From the NCBI RefSeq assembly GCF_001447785.1, contig NW_015172097.1, positions 47,296-111,295 of the forward strand: a stretch of DNA of 64,000 nt. The letters run 5' to 3'. The notes beneath the pieces were generated by a model. The model had not been told where the DNA came from and searched no databases. It saw only the letters and a program-made list of their open reading frames with translations. Both the position numbers and the translations under genes were made by a program. The DNA comes from Gekko japonicus (lineage: Eukaryota). Each line of letters opens with the position of its first letter. Position 1 is the first letter of the stretch. Below, in pieces: positions 48,859-62,214 of the stretch.

Positions 48859-51620
48859 TGAAGTATTTCACAGGAAGCAAAGCAGTCAACCTTTTATTGT
48901 TTTCCAAGTTAATCAAGCATTTCTTCTTATAGAACACTAAAGAGCTTGGTGGCCCATATCTGGCATCACATCACCTTATCCTGAGGCTTGCCTTCAGTCA
49001 AAATGCTTCCTAAACACTATTTGTGATGTATTTACAATCTACCCTCTTCATGCACAAACAAAACATGCTACTAAAACCACTGGAAAGACTAAACCACCAC
49101 CACTCCCTAATAAAATGTACTGAGCTTATCTGATCAGTGGAAAGATTCATGATCACTACAAGCAATAAAAGGAAAGAAAACAGATTGTGGTGATATGGAG
49201 AAAAATCCTCAAGGCACCTGCAACCTGATGCCATGCATCAACTGCTTGGGACGCTGAAAGCTTCCCTGTGGAAGCAGCCTCATCATAGCAGCTGTAATAT
49301 ATGCCCCATTGGCTGAGATATCCAGAGTTCAGAACAAGCACCAAAGCCTTTGGATCCAGAACATCAGATGTTCCATCAAGGTATATTCAAATAAAAATAC
49401 TTAGAAAGGAAAGATTTAGCTTCAAACAATTCAAGAGAAATTATTGGATCTGCCCCCACTTTATTCCAAGTACTCTGTAGCATCTCATAAGCTTTTCAGT
49501 CTCAGTTATACTCAGTTCACATATTTTGGCATCAGATTCCACAGCAACAACAAGCTTAAACTTCCTTCACTGAAGAATGAGATCTCAACAGGAAATGTCA
49601 AATAAGTGGCATTATTATTAAGTGAGCCATTTTGTTATCTTAATATAAGAGTTGGCTTTCAGGCAAGAGACAAAGCAAAAGGGAGTAGGAATTGATGCAA
49701 AAGGCAAAAAGGAAGAAAACTTCAACAAGCACCTCAAAATATATTTTAATATATCCTAACTCATTTTAAAATCACCTTCTTCGTTGCAGGTATCTATAAG
49801 AACTTAGAGCACTTACAGGGAGAGTTAAAATACCAGTAGCTCTATATATGTTTAAAATATTGCAAAAACACACACACACACAAAAAATGGATTACATATT
49901 GGCTTCATTCAAACATCATGACAAATCCCAGCTTATTTGTGACAGGCATGAATGAATGGCAGCAAAGACGGAGAAAGAGGAGGCAGGGGTTTTTTTCCTC
50001 TCCCGCCTCCTCTGACAGAAGCTCAGCAAGGACTGGTTAAGCCACTACATGGAGGGGTGGAGGCAAGTGACCGGCGCTGCCACCACTGCAGCAGATGGCA
50101 ACTGTGAGAGCCGGTGCATGGAGCAGCGGTTTGCTGATGAAGGGAACGGGCTGGCAGGGGAGAGGAGAAGGAGGGCCAGCACGTGGATTGGGAAGCAGCT
50201 AAGCTGTCTTGTGCATGCCACTCTGAGCGGAAAGACGTCCTGGCCTTGGAAGCAAGTGGAGGAGCAAAGGGAAAAGGGGTGCTCCTGTCACCGTCACATG
50301 TCTGAACAGCCGCAGAACCAGGAAGCAGAGTGAGTGTCCAGGAGGGTGGGGGACGGTGACCTCCCTTCTCGCTCATGCCTGTTCCCAGCCCATGGAAGAA
50401 AAGGGGTCATGGGAAGACCCCTTGGAGGTTTTGGAAGCAGCCTCTCCATCAGGCCTTCCCCTCAGCCCTGTCGCTTCTGTGGGAAATGCAGGAGGGATGA
50501 GAACTGGGGGTGGGGGGATCTGGGAGAGCCAGGTTCAGACCCCCTCTCATCCTGAGCCAGGAACCTGTCGTCTGGGTCACCCAGGGCCAGTTGCTCAGCC
50601 TGGACCACCTCACAGGGTTGTTGGTGGTGGAGGAAGATGTCCAGTGTGCCTCCTCCAGATCCTCAGAGGTAGGACAGGGGAAGACAGGAAAAAAGGAGAG
50701 ATGGATTGTGGCCATGCTTGGCTGCTGAGGCTGGGCATATTGGGGGGGGCTGAAAAACTACCTTATTTACTTGCAAGAAAGATGTCTTGTCTTCTAAAAG
50801 TGCTATATATACAAAAAGTAACTAACGTATGGAAATGTAAGACACACACACCCTTTTTTATGGTGTTCCTTGGAAAAAAAAACCTAGTCACATATGATTA
50901 AACACATTTATTGGGGCTTTTGTGGATTCCCCAGTAAATAAATTGCTTTCACTCCTAAATATCAATTGCTTTTGTTTGTATTTTGAGTAAAAAATAATAT
51001 TGTTAATTGGGTTTGCCTGTGTACTTTATACAGTTTATATCTCCAGTACCTGGTATTACATTTTATGGCACACACGGCCCAGCCTGACAAAGTAACATTT
51101 ATTTCAGATCTGACCCTTGTAACCAATGAGTTCAATTCCTCTGGCCTAGGGTGCCAGGGCACCAAAACATGTTTAGGGCCAGTCCTGATTGGATCAGCAA
51201 CACCCATTGACAGACACACAATGTCAGTACCACCAGCCCCAGTGCCGCTACCTAGGGGCACTGCATGATCCACAGTGGTGCTGGAAGCCAGGGTACATTT
51301 ACCTGGCCGGTGTTCCCCTGCCCCTGGCCTCGCCCTCCAACAGAAGGAAGGAGGAAGGGAGAGCAGATGGCTGCCAGCCTCACATCACCCACCTAGCAGC
51401 AGCTGCCAGTCTGGCTATTCATGTGCCCGGGCTGTGGCAGCTCCACATGCACCCAGATCACAGTGAGGAGCACCAAAGTCAAAGGCTGCCTAGGGCATCA
51501 ATAAAACCTTGGGTATATGCACTCCCTCCCCCTTCCTCTCGTACTCAGACAGTAATAGAAAACGTTCTTGTACAGTATGCTATGATATTCAAATGCAGGC
51601 ACTTGGGCAAATTATACTTT

Positions 51621-51870
51621 GCCCAGTGTGGTGTAGTGGTAAAGAGTGGTGGACTCTAATCTGGAGAACCTGATTTCCCATTCCCCACTCCTCCACATGA
51701 AGCAAGCTGGGTGACCTTGGGCCAGCCACAATTCTCTCAGAACTCTCTCAGCCCTCCCTACCTCACAAGGTGACTGTTGTGGAGAGAGGAAGGGAAGGAG
51801 ATTGGAAACTGCTTTGAGACTCCTTAAGGTAGAGAAAAGCAGGATATAAAAACCAATTCTTCTTTTCTTT
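51621..51870 (+). mobile_element. Squam3-like SINE
   Basis: GCCCAGTGTGGTGTAGTGGTAAAGAGTGGTGGACTCTAATCTGGAGAACC...TTCTTCTTT tail. Confidence 0.85.
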
Positions 51871-52189
51871 CCTATAAATCTCAGATTAAATCATGGTTTA
51901 GAAATCTCAAACTGCACTTTGCCTACATGACTGCAGTAGGTTGGTATAGCAAACTGGAGTTTGACTGAAGGCTTCCCAAAGCAGGAAGTTGCCAATTGTA
52001 TTCTGTGAGCCAGAGGAACAAGAAGGGAGTGCATGAGTCTGGTAAACGAGCTGTGATCAGGTCCACCATGAACAGATGTTTGTTGTAATATACATGGAGG
52101 AGATGGTTGTCCATTCCCTTTTTATATGTTCAAAATATTTAAACATATCATATACATATGTGGTATATATAGTAGTGCATATACACATA

Positions 52190-53035
52190 TGTTACTGCCA
52201 ATGGCCTGCCTCACTGTATGGTGAAATTAGCTATGCAGCAGGTGAGGCCAGAAGGGTACCAGGGATCACACACCTGTTTATACCAAGGTCTGGTACAGAC
52301 TCCAGGTTTGAAGAGTAAATTAAATAGTTTTTATTGAAGAATTTCCCTAATTACAAGCACACTAAGCATTCAAGAGAGAGCAAGCAATTCAGAACTAAGA
52401 AAACAGAGATGATGAGAACAAATAGAGGGGTCAGTCACGGGGTGATACTACCTGTCCAGAGGTGCATAGGTCCTTGAAGAGAACAGCACCAATGGCCAGC
52501 ATTATGCGCTAAGGAGGGGAGCCCAATGGAAAGACTTTGGGGGTGTACTCGAAGTATAGGCACCGTCCGGAATGCACACCTTGATGGCCATGTAGGTGGA
52601 TGGATATAGACATTGGAATACAATGCTAACCAATGGGAAGCCTTGAGGGGCTTGTCTCAGGTGAAGTCAAAAGATTGCCTGGATTAATGAGGGGTCCCAG
52701 GGGGTGTGGCGCCAAGAGGGACAGAACCTCGGTGTGACCAATGAGGTCTCAAAGGGACAGAGTATGGATTCACAATATCATTGATGGATTAGTCAGGTGC
52801 TGGGTGACTGTACTGGAGCTAGCTAAATGGGTTTGATGACCACTAATGGTCCTACCAAGGCATGTTGAATAGGTTCCCAGGTTTAGACAAAACGTGGGAG
52901 ATGGATCCCTGATTAGCATCAGGAAGGATTGCTAAACATTTGAATGTATGATTGGTTTATCTCGGTATCCTGAGGGAAGGAGCAGGAAGGACAGTTGTGG
53001 AGACAAAGGATTTCCACATAGACACAGGTTTCACA
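52190..53035 (-). mobile_element. solo LTR, 846 bp
   Basis: TG...CA termini, 4-bp TSD CATA (52186-52189, 53036-53039), minus-strand AATAAA at ~52333 and several CCAAT motifs. Confidence 0.65.
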
Positions 53036-53334
53036 CATAAAGGTAACATGAAGTTATGGAGATAGAAGGGCTATTTGCCAGGTGGCCTCTGAATAGTCTT
53101 TAGAAATGTTTACCTGGTGGAACCGCCATTGTTTCATATGTAGTGGGTATTCATACATGGCCTCCCCGAGGCTGCTGTCACCCACTAACCGGCCATATCC
53201 ATCTGTACTAATGGGTCAGAATTTTCACCAGTAAGCTGTAACCATTGATTTAAATGTTTATATTGTATTTTTAAACTGTGTTTATAATTTTATTGTAATT
53301 ATTGAAATATGGTCTGACCTGCACTGAGCACGCT

Positions 53335-53555
53335 CATAGGATGGGTGGGATATAAATACGATAAATAAATAAATACTTTGCTGGGCAGGGGAAAGACTGG
53401 AGGCTGGCTCCAAGGGCTGCCTTGTGCCACCTGAAAATGGCCACTCACAGGATGGGTGGGATATAAATACAATAAATAAATAAATAAATACCTTGCTTGG
53501 TGGGGGAAAGACTGGAGGCTGGCTTCAAGGGCTGCCTTGTGCCACCTGAAAATGG
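53335..53555 (+). repeat. ~110-bp imperfect tandem duplication including a LINE (TAAA)n tail
   Basis: GGATGGGTGGG..ATATAAATAC..AAATAAATAAATA..GAAAGACTGGAGGCTGGCT..CCTGAAAATGG occurs twice. Confidence 0.8.
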
Positions 53556-54566
53556 AGACCCTTCCCCCAGATCTTTGGCTTGCTCTGCAGTTCAGGCTGA
53601 GAATGCTTTCTTTGGCCTGACTTTGCAGGTCTCCAGGTCGGAAGTGGGGTGCCCTGTTTTGGGGGCTACCCGAGAGTAAGGCGGTGCCTCTGGGCTACAC
53701 ACACACTTTAAGCTCTGCAGATATTTGTATGTTTGCTGTTGTTCTTGAGTCAACAAAAGCATGAAGCTGAAATGCACCGGTAATGTATAACAAATTTATT
53801 TTTAGTACCTTCTGAGATTTTCTTCCTTTGCAGTCTCCTGACTTTCAGACAAGCATGCATATAGCAGTTTCCCCCATCCATCCATTGAAAGCGTACACGT
53901 TTATAAGCTGCTCCTTGCCTCTTAGAAAACCTTATGCAGCATTTCAAGGTCTCACATTAAGAACTCACAATGGATTCTTTGTTCAATTAATGCACATATT
54001 GCAACAGCTCTTAGGCCAAGCTCACTGGTAAAAGAAAGGTGTCAAAGATGTTGCTCTGTAACAGCTTTCCTGTCTCTCAGTGACAGAGCTTCCCCCATGG
54101 GTAACAGAAGAACACAAATAGTTCTCTAGTGAGAAAGCAAAAGTGTATTTGTGTCAACACAGCTATATTGTAAAAATAGGGTTTCATTCTAACATCTTTC
54201 AGAGGTAAGGTAAGGTGGGATTTCTAATGCAGAAATAGAGGTGTAGTTACAGCAAACAGTAATGATGGGAACTGCAGGGATTTAAAGACAAGCTACAAAG
54301 TGTCACAAATGTCAAATGACCACATGCGTTTCTCTATTCATCTATTAGAATGATACTTTAAATGCTTAGATATTCTACACAATAAAGTAGTGATGCTTTT
54401 TTCTGTTGTAAAAAGCTTCACAATAACTACATTCAGAGTCTCACCGATTACATCACTTGCTGGTGACAGTTATAGCATAGGGACTACCAGCACTGTGCCA
54501 ATAGTACTTCTCCGGTCCAATGAGCACAGAAGGATTTTAGCTATCTGCTGTATGATGTTAGGAATA

Positions 54567-54845
54567 AAAGAAGAAGAAGATGAGGTTGGATTTATACCCC
54601 GCCCTTCACTTGGAGTCTCAGAGCGGCTTTCAAACTCCTTTCCCTTCCCCTCCCCTCCCCACAACAGATACCCTGTGTGAGGTAGGTGGGGCTGAGAGAG
54701 CTCTTTCAAGGACTGCTCTTTCAAGGACAGCTCTGACAGAACTATGGCTTGCCCAAGGTCATCCAGGAGCTGCAAGTGAAGGAGTGGGGAATCAAAGACG
54801 GTTCTCCCAGATTAGAGTCCACACACTTGGTTACTACACCAAACT
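54567..54845 (-). mobile_element. Squam3-like SINE
   Basis: Same family; (GAA)n on the + strand at the tail end. Confidence 0.85.
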
Positions 54846-57800
54846 AAACGTTTACAATTACAAAGTAGAGACCACAGTTTGGAAAAATGTGTAGGTTGGA
54901 ACCAGCCACCTTTTCCACTCAATCTCACCTAATTCCTCTCCTTGATATAGTCCCCCCCCCACATGGTTTTTGCCCATTCAGGTTTCACAATCCCTACCCT
55001 ACACAGCTTTTTTGATGGTCAAGAAGGACCATACATCCCCCATTTTTCACCAGTGGAAAAGTTGGATTGATCCATATTTCTGAACAGTTTACAGGATAAT
55101 CAAATTATAATCCTTTCCTTTTATACCCTTAGGAGCGCATTGATTTACAGATATTAGCAGAAGTCAAATTATAATCAAAGAGCAAACAAATTTTATTATT
55201 TTATTTTATTTTTGAGATTTTTAGTCTGCCCTCGCCTTTGTCAATCACAAAAGCCAGGCCCAAGACTCATTGCAATACAATCTCATTAAAAACAGTCAAA
55301 ACACTAACAATAAAAATTCATACAGGCAGCAAGAATTTCATATCTATTAGAGCCACAGGTAGAATCAGTGGGAATCTGCAATGATGGAGATATGAACATC
55401 CCCATTGTTCCCATGTTCTACTCAGAAAAGGCAGAGTACCTTCCAGGAGGCTATGGGTCACTAGCAGCTTTCTTTCACAAATGTGTGTGTGTGAGGCTCA
55501 AAGCCCAGCCATGAGGTAGTCACAGATATGGCCAAGTTGTCAATATGAAACTTTGGTTGCAGATTTTGACAGAAGAGAAGCCCTACACAACACACACCCC
55601 GTTTGCCCCATAATGTGCAAAATTATATGTAAAATCAGTGTGAGGAAAAGAACGGTTCTGCCCTCTCAGAAGCATGAGAAGGTTCAGCTTCTCAGAACAG
55701 CAACCCCAGTCCTCATGGAAGGCCCCCAAGAGATACGGCACTATTCATAAATGACTGAAAGACTTAGCTAATGAAAGAAAACTTGCCCATTAAGCAAGAC
55801 TTGACCAGTAAGGTAAATTTCAGTACATATTATGATCATTACATGTGTTGTTAACAACACTCCTGTTGGAAAACCATCTCCAGAACTACATCCCTCTAGT
55901 TCCCGACCAGTCTCCACAAGCCCAGATTGTACCAATGTTGTGTAGTCTGTATTCTCTTCCTATCTCTTTAGGGAGAGGTTCACAGTAGTGGGACATAAAG
56001 CTTGAGCCTTAAAGCTTATCTAGATTTTATTTTTTTTAGAATTCAGACTCTTTTCAGTGATACACTACTGCGACCCCAGATGTCTCACACTTTCCATGCC
56101 ACAGGGGAGGATTGAAGAGTCTTGCAGCATGGCAGATAGACAGTCTGCCTACTAAATACACACGCACAAATGAGCTTCAACCCCAGAGAGGTAAATGCAA
56201 TTTTTTTTAAAGTTCATAAAATTATAAAACATTTTTGTGGAAGGAATGGGTGAACTTGCCAGTTTTACAACTTTCTGTTGATTTAAAAAGATTACAAGGG
56301 CATTCCTACACCAGTGGAGAAGGAAATAATAACAAAATGGAGTGCGGGAGACACTGCCCCATAAGTGCCCATCTCATTCAGGCAAGCACTGCAAATTGCA
56401 GTGACCCTACTTGATGAGGAACACAGCACAATTACCTAGAAACAAAATATTATCGTTTGACTGATGGGAAAATGGGATGCTCCAAAATAGCCGTGCATCC
56501 TTCAGGGAAGATGTCTGGATCCCTTACAACAAAATCAGTAACAACTGTAATTGTAAGCCACCTTGACCAGGACTCTGAACAGGCAGCACAGAAATATTCA
56601 AACGAAATAAAAAATTAAATTATACATTTATCTTGTAAAAGTATACTGGGCTGGATTCACAATAGCGCTTGGTTACAGCTACTTCTATCCCTATCTCTAT
56701 CAAGCCAGTGTGGTACAGTGATTTGCATGCTAGACACATGAACGCCTGAACACTTAAAGCTGCCTTCTACCGAATCAGACCACTGGTGGGCAGAGGTTTT
56801 TCACATCACCTACTACCTTTGAACTGCAAATGCCAGAGATTGAATCTTGGACCTTCAGCATGCCAAATAGATGCTCTACCACTGACCCATGCCCACTTCC
56901 CTGGTCTAGGATGGAGAGACCCAGGTTCAAATCCGTACTCTGCCAAAAAGCTCCCTGGGTGAATGTGGGTTAGTCACATTCAGCAAAACTTACTTCACAG
57001 GGTTACTGTGAGGTTAAAGTAAGGGTGGGAAAGTTATGCACTCATTCCTGAATTCCTTTGAAAAACAGCAGGATAAAGCTATGATCAATGTTAGTGCTTG
57101 CTCTTCACCAGTGATCTGCACAGACACTACAAAACTAAATAGCACTCATGTTACCATGGGAGCATTATCAGAAAGAGTGAACACAGCCAGGAGGCCTATG
57201 TGACCTGCAACATCCTGCTGTACCTGTACCAAGCACACTCCAGGGATCGACCCAGAGTCTCTTATATGCTAGTGCCTTCTATATATCAAGCCTAATCAAG
57301 GTATCTAGAGACATACCAGCTCTGGACCTCCACTTAACAGGTTTGTCAAATCCCAAGCCTGGGCATCTTTCCAAGTCATGCAAGAATTGTTATGGAATAA
57401 AGATGCACTACATAAAAACAAACAAAGCTGCCCCATATTTAATGGCTGGGTGTAAGCAGCACAGTGAATTTAGATACTTTTTAAAATCTCAATTTATGTT
57501 TAATAAAGCTGTATTGCTTTGAAAACTATTACGAGGGAGGTTAAAAATACGTTATAGGAGGGTAAATATAAATAAACAGGTGCTGAACAAGTTACCTGAT
57601 CTCATTATAGTGCAGGAGATCAACAAGCTACCAGTAGAGCCACACCGCTGGTTTGCACCAAATGCAGGAATGTTTCTGTCTCAGACACAGTAATTTATTT
57701 ATCCCCAACATGTAACGTTAACAGACTGTCTGGATCTTGGCAAGCACAGACTTGCACTGTCATATAAACAGTCTGACAAAACCTAGAGCTTCTTAAACGC

Positions 57801-58014
57801 ATTTCAGTCTCAGCAGAGAGAAAGATTTCCTCAAACTCATCGTAGCCTCTGGCTGTGCCGGGAGAGACCCAAACTCTGCCCTGATACAACCATGGAAAAA
57901 AGCTGACAAGTTTTCTCTCCGCTTCAGCTGCCCATCAGCACAATGGAAAGAATTGCCTAGCATTTCTATAGCATTTTCAACATATGCTCCACATACGTTA
58001 CCACAAACAATAGC

Positions 58015-58375
58015 AATGGCCTAACTTTTATTAAAATAACACAAGCTTTCAAGTTTTCCAGAACTCTTCATCAGTCTGAATGTTAAGGGATTAAGGGGGG
58101 GGGGCAGCGGAGGGAAAGACAGAGATCTCTCAGGCTGCGATCTTAAGGCCTCTCCTTCAGCATCACACATAGAATACTGTGCAGATTTTAGGACACTGAA
58201 ACCAGCACAACATCAGCCAAAAAAAAAGCATCATGATTCCCCCCCCCTTTTTTTTTTACATCCAGGCGGATGAAAAGTTCTGGAGGACTTAAAAGCTTGC
58301 ATGCTGAGTTATGTTATTTTGGTATTCCACAGCTTTGCCTTTTGTATTTTGATACAGACCAATGCAGCTACCTCC
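58015..58375. mobile_element. Penelope-like remnant with inverted pseudo-LTRs
   Basis: CAAGCTTTCAAGTTTTCCAGAACTCTTCATC (58042-58072) is inverted relative to GATGAAAAGTTCTGGAGGACTTAAAAGCTTG (~58270-58300). Confidence 0.6.
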
Positions 58376-60182
58376 TTCTTTGTATACATGATCTCAGTGG
58401 TCATTGAAAGAGCCCTTTAAGGTAGGACAACATTATGATCTCCATAATACAAACTGGAGGAAAGGCTACCTAGAGACTGTGGCTTGCCTACCGCCACCTG
58501 ATGAGCTCCTAGCAGAAATTAGATTCGAACCAGTAACCTCCTGGGTGCCCCTACGCTACGCTAGTTCTCTGATCCCTCACAGAACTGAGCTGAATTTGAT
58601 CCCGCTTTGCCGTTTCCTGAAGAGCAGCAATTTTGGGAAGAAGCACTGAAACCTACCCACTGAGCAGCTCAAATACAGCTTGTGACCCTTTTCTTGCCTT
58701 GAAAGAATCCCTCAGTTGTACTTGGGAAATGGGTCAGTACTATTTCCAGCTGTGGTTTCTCATGAAAAGTAGGATTTTGCAGCCTACATACATCATGAGA
58801 TTAAGCAATTTTGTCTTTATGTGCTTATTTCACATAATTTAATCTCCTAACAAAGAGCCATGCAGCCATGCACCCTGAGTATAACCCGGCTCTGCCCCCC
58901 CACACATACACCTACAATTTTACTAAACATTGCCAATACCACCCTCCTACCTTGCAACAAATTTGCTTTAAAAAAAAAAAAAGTGCACTGATTTTTTCCC
59001 CCAGGACAGTGAGTTCTGCGCTTGTACAGTCTGATTGTGGATTTACAGAATACATGCAGGCCCAACTCTGTTTCTTGCTACACAACCAACAACAATATAA
59101 ACAAGTCAGAAAAACAAAAACAAAAAAAGGACACAAAGCTGGGCATGCCAAATTCAAGAATGTAACTGGAACGATTTCCATCCACTTTAAGTGTGAAGGG
59201 TGGTGATTAAAAATTAATTGTGGATATAGATCTGCCACTTACACTCCCAAGCTTGCTTGTCTGAAATTCTTTTTGTGTTTATGCAGATTTGTGCCAGCCA
59301 CTGGCATTCTCATTAAGTGAGGTCTGGCAACTTGCCCAAGTTTTGGTGGGTTTTGTGAATGCCAATATATCAACCAAAGTCCTCTTCACATAACCTTTGG
59401 AACTTTTCCTTCTAGAAAAGTCAACTGTTTGGCACGGCATAACCATATCTCATGTAAGAAAGCTCTCAATTGCCAGCCAACTAAGAAATTACTCTTCAGT
59501 TCTTCATATTTTCTGAGCCGAAGAACACATATTTCCATTCTGAAGAACACATAAGATTTACTGTAAAGTGTGTGCTCAAGATCCCTTAAAAATCGGGCCA
59601 GCTTTAGACCTAAGGTAGCTGCCTCAGGCTGACAATTTGGGGAGGGGGGAGAGACAGCACCCTCCCATCCTGCCTGTCACCAGACAATCAGGTGTCCACC
59701 TGCCAACTTTACACCCTCATTCAGCAACCAGAGGAGACAATCCTCCTCTTTAAAGGCTGTACGGCAAACTACACCTAGGAGTCCCCAGGCTCTCTCCTTT
59801 TTCTTATAAGAGTTCAACCACCACTTCTGGTTGACAGGACAACCAGAAATGGTGGCCAGACTCTCACAAGGGGAAGTACTCTCATGAGAGTTCAGGAAGC
59901 CCTATAAGACACATGCAGCTTGCCACACTATTTTTTAACAGCACAGGGGCAGCAAAGAAGTAAGGAAAAGGATGTCTTCTAGCTTCTGGGTAGGAAGAGC
60001 AACAGTAGGCATGTGGCAAAACATCTTGAGCTGGTACTGTTTACAAAGAAAAGCGAAGAAGACACTAATACAGGCATCTTGCATTCTGGTGGCGAACACA
60101 CATTACAAGCATTTGTTTCTGCTGCCTTACATAATGCATTAGCAAACTTCAGTTCTTCCTAGCATCATTGCTAGCCCTTCCT

Positions 60183-60197
60183 CTGTAGGTGGCGCTA
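60183..60197 (+). promoter_or_regulatory. possible CTCF site
   Basis: CTGTAGGTGGCGCTA matches the AGRTGGCGC core of the CTCF consensus; motif only. Confidence 0.3.
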
Positions 60198-60495
60198 ACC
60201 TATTTCCAGCAGGGCTTCACATAAATGGAAATGAGATTTACACTCCTAACCAACAGAAAAGTCTATAAACCTCCAGCCAAGCCCAATTGTCTTTTTATAT
60301 TTAAGTGCCTATGAATTGTTCCCTTCAGAAGCATCAAAGTTTAAATAAATAAGTATTGTTGTCTTCACTTTATCATTCCAATATGGTTCTACTAACTACT
60401 TAGCAGCTTTTGGGCAGGTTGGATGTATGCACTTCCCAGCACCTTCACTTTTGGAGAGCACTAAATTTCAACAATTTCTTTTAACCTGCTCTGAA

Positions 60496-61354
60496 AACCA
60501 ACATGTTCCAGCTCTTGAGGGCAGAAGAATTTGGACCAGTTGCATTAGGAACCTCAGCAATCTGTAAGCTCTGTGAGTTATCAAACCACCATTATATACA
60601 AAGCCTTCTAGGACTTCTGCAGACTTCTGCAGATGAGGAATGGGCAATTTATGAAATATATGACTTAATATATCTCAGCGCCCGGTGACTCAGCAATGCC
60701 GCTGGTCGCCAGGGGCTGCTTTGCTGCCCTGAGGAAGCCAGGCAGCAACAGAGCCACGACGCTGGGCATCGTGACGTGGGCAGGGCGCACACGCACTTCG
60801 CGCGCTCCGGGAGCAAACCGGGAGTCCCCCGCTCCAGATGAAGGTACGACTTGGCAACCCTACCCCCATACCACACCACCATTCATACACCTACCCTCTG
60901 ACTAACAATATTACAGCTGCTGGTAAGTGAAAATACAATACAGACATCTACCAGAGCAGGCAGACATCTTCATGCAACTATAGGATTAGGTTATCCACTG
61001 TGTCCAGTGAGCTTAGACACTGCAGGTCTTCCTGCAAGGTTTAACAGCAGTACTAATACTTGATAACCAACATGTTCCAGCTCTTGAGGGCAGAAGAATT
61101 TGGACCAGTTGCATTAGGAACCTCAGCAATCTGTAAGCTCTGTGAGTTATCAAACCACCATTATATACAAAGCCTTCTAGGACTTCTGCAGACTTCTGCA
61201 GATGAGGAATGGGCAATTTATGAAATATATGACTTAATATATCTCAGCGCCCGGTGACTCAGCAATGCCGCTGGTCGCCAGGGGCTGCTTTGCTGCCCTG
61301 AGGAAGCCAGGCAGCAACAGAGCCACGACGCTGGGCATCGTGACGTGGGCAGGG
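60496..61354 (+). repeat. 290-bp apparently exact direct repeat (60496-60785, 61065-61354)
   Basis: Identical text at an offset of 569; the ORF track gives identical translations. Confidence 0.9.
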
Positions 61355-62214
61355 GGCAGAACCGGCCTGGATAAACAGCCAGGCTCCACTCCTGCCCAAT
61401 GACAGTTGCTCCGATGTGTTTTCCCACCCTCCCACCCTGTTCTTAGTGTAGGCTACGGCTGGTTGCCTATTGGGGCCAGGTAGGAATTTTTCCATTTTAC
61501 CCAGTATTGTCTGAATGGGTGGAGGTGTTTTCGCCTACCTTGCACTGAGAGCAGTGAATTGCATAGTTGGTTGTGGTGGTCAACACCTAAATAGGCTGGT
61601 CACTTGGCAGGTTGGTGCAGGCAAGAAACCAGAACCGGTCCCCAGGAATAGATTTTGAGGAGATTGGTGGGCTGCCATGGGAGGGGGAGGCAGGAAAGGA
61701 CCATTTGGCAGATAGAAACATTAGTTTTGGGACACACCAGAACTAGCAACTAGGACACAAGTATGAGTAAGCCTCTGGAACCACACTCCTGTCTTAGAAA
61801 CCTGTTGCCAAATCACTCCGCCACACAAGAAGTTTAGTTTTAGAATCCAGCATCAGTTGAGTTAAAAAAAATAAAGTAAGTGCATACATGTGACAGAATA
61901 TTTACACATAGTAGATTCTCTAAACTAATGCACCAGTGGTACTGGGACATGCTCTTTTAATAAGTCACCGCTGTTGGCTCGGCACCGTTGAAGAACTCAG
62001 TGGTTATGTAGACCAAGCTCATAGAACAGCTGCATTACAACCTTTCAAAAAAGCAGCATGCTTTTCCTTGCTGACAATAGGACAGAGATATGAAAATAGT
62101 GCAAGCTCCTTCAGACACTGGAACCACCAAATGAATGTTACAGTAATAACTACAATGCATTATAAATGCAAAGAAAGGTCCTTCTTGAAATATTTATGAT
62201 TAAAACACATCATT

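Noticed and set aside
50023-50901. GC-rich ORFs up to 181 aa
   Set aside because: No domain motifs; probably the interior of a decayed non-autonomous DNA transposon.
51621-51700. tRNA gene
   Set aside because: The A/B-box-like head belongs to a multi-copy SINE; no cloverleaf.
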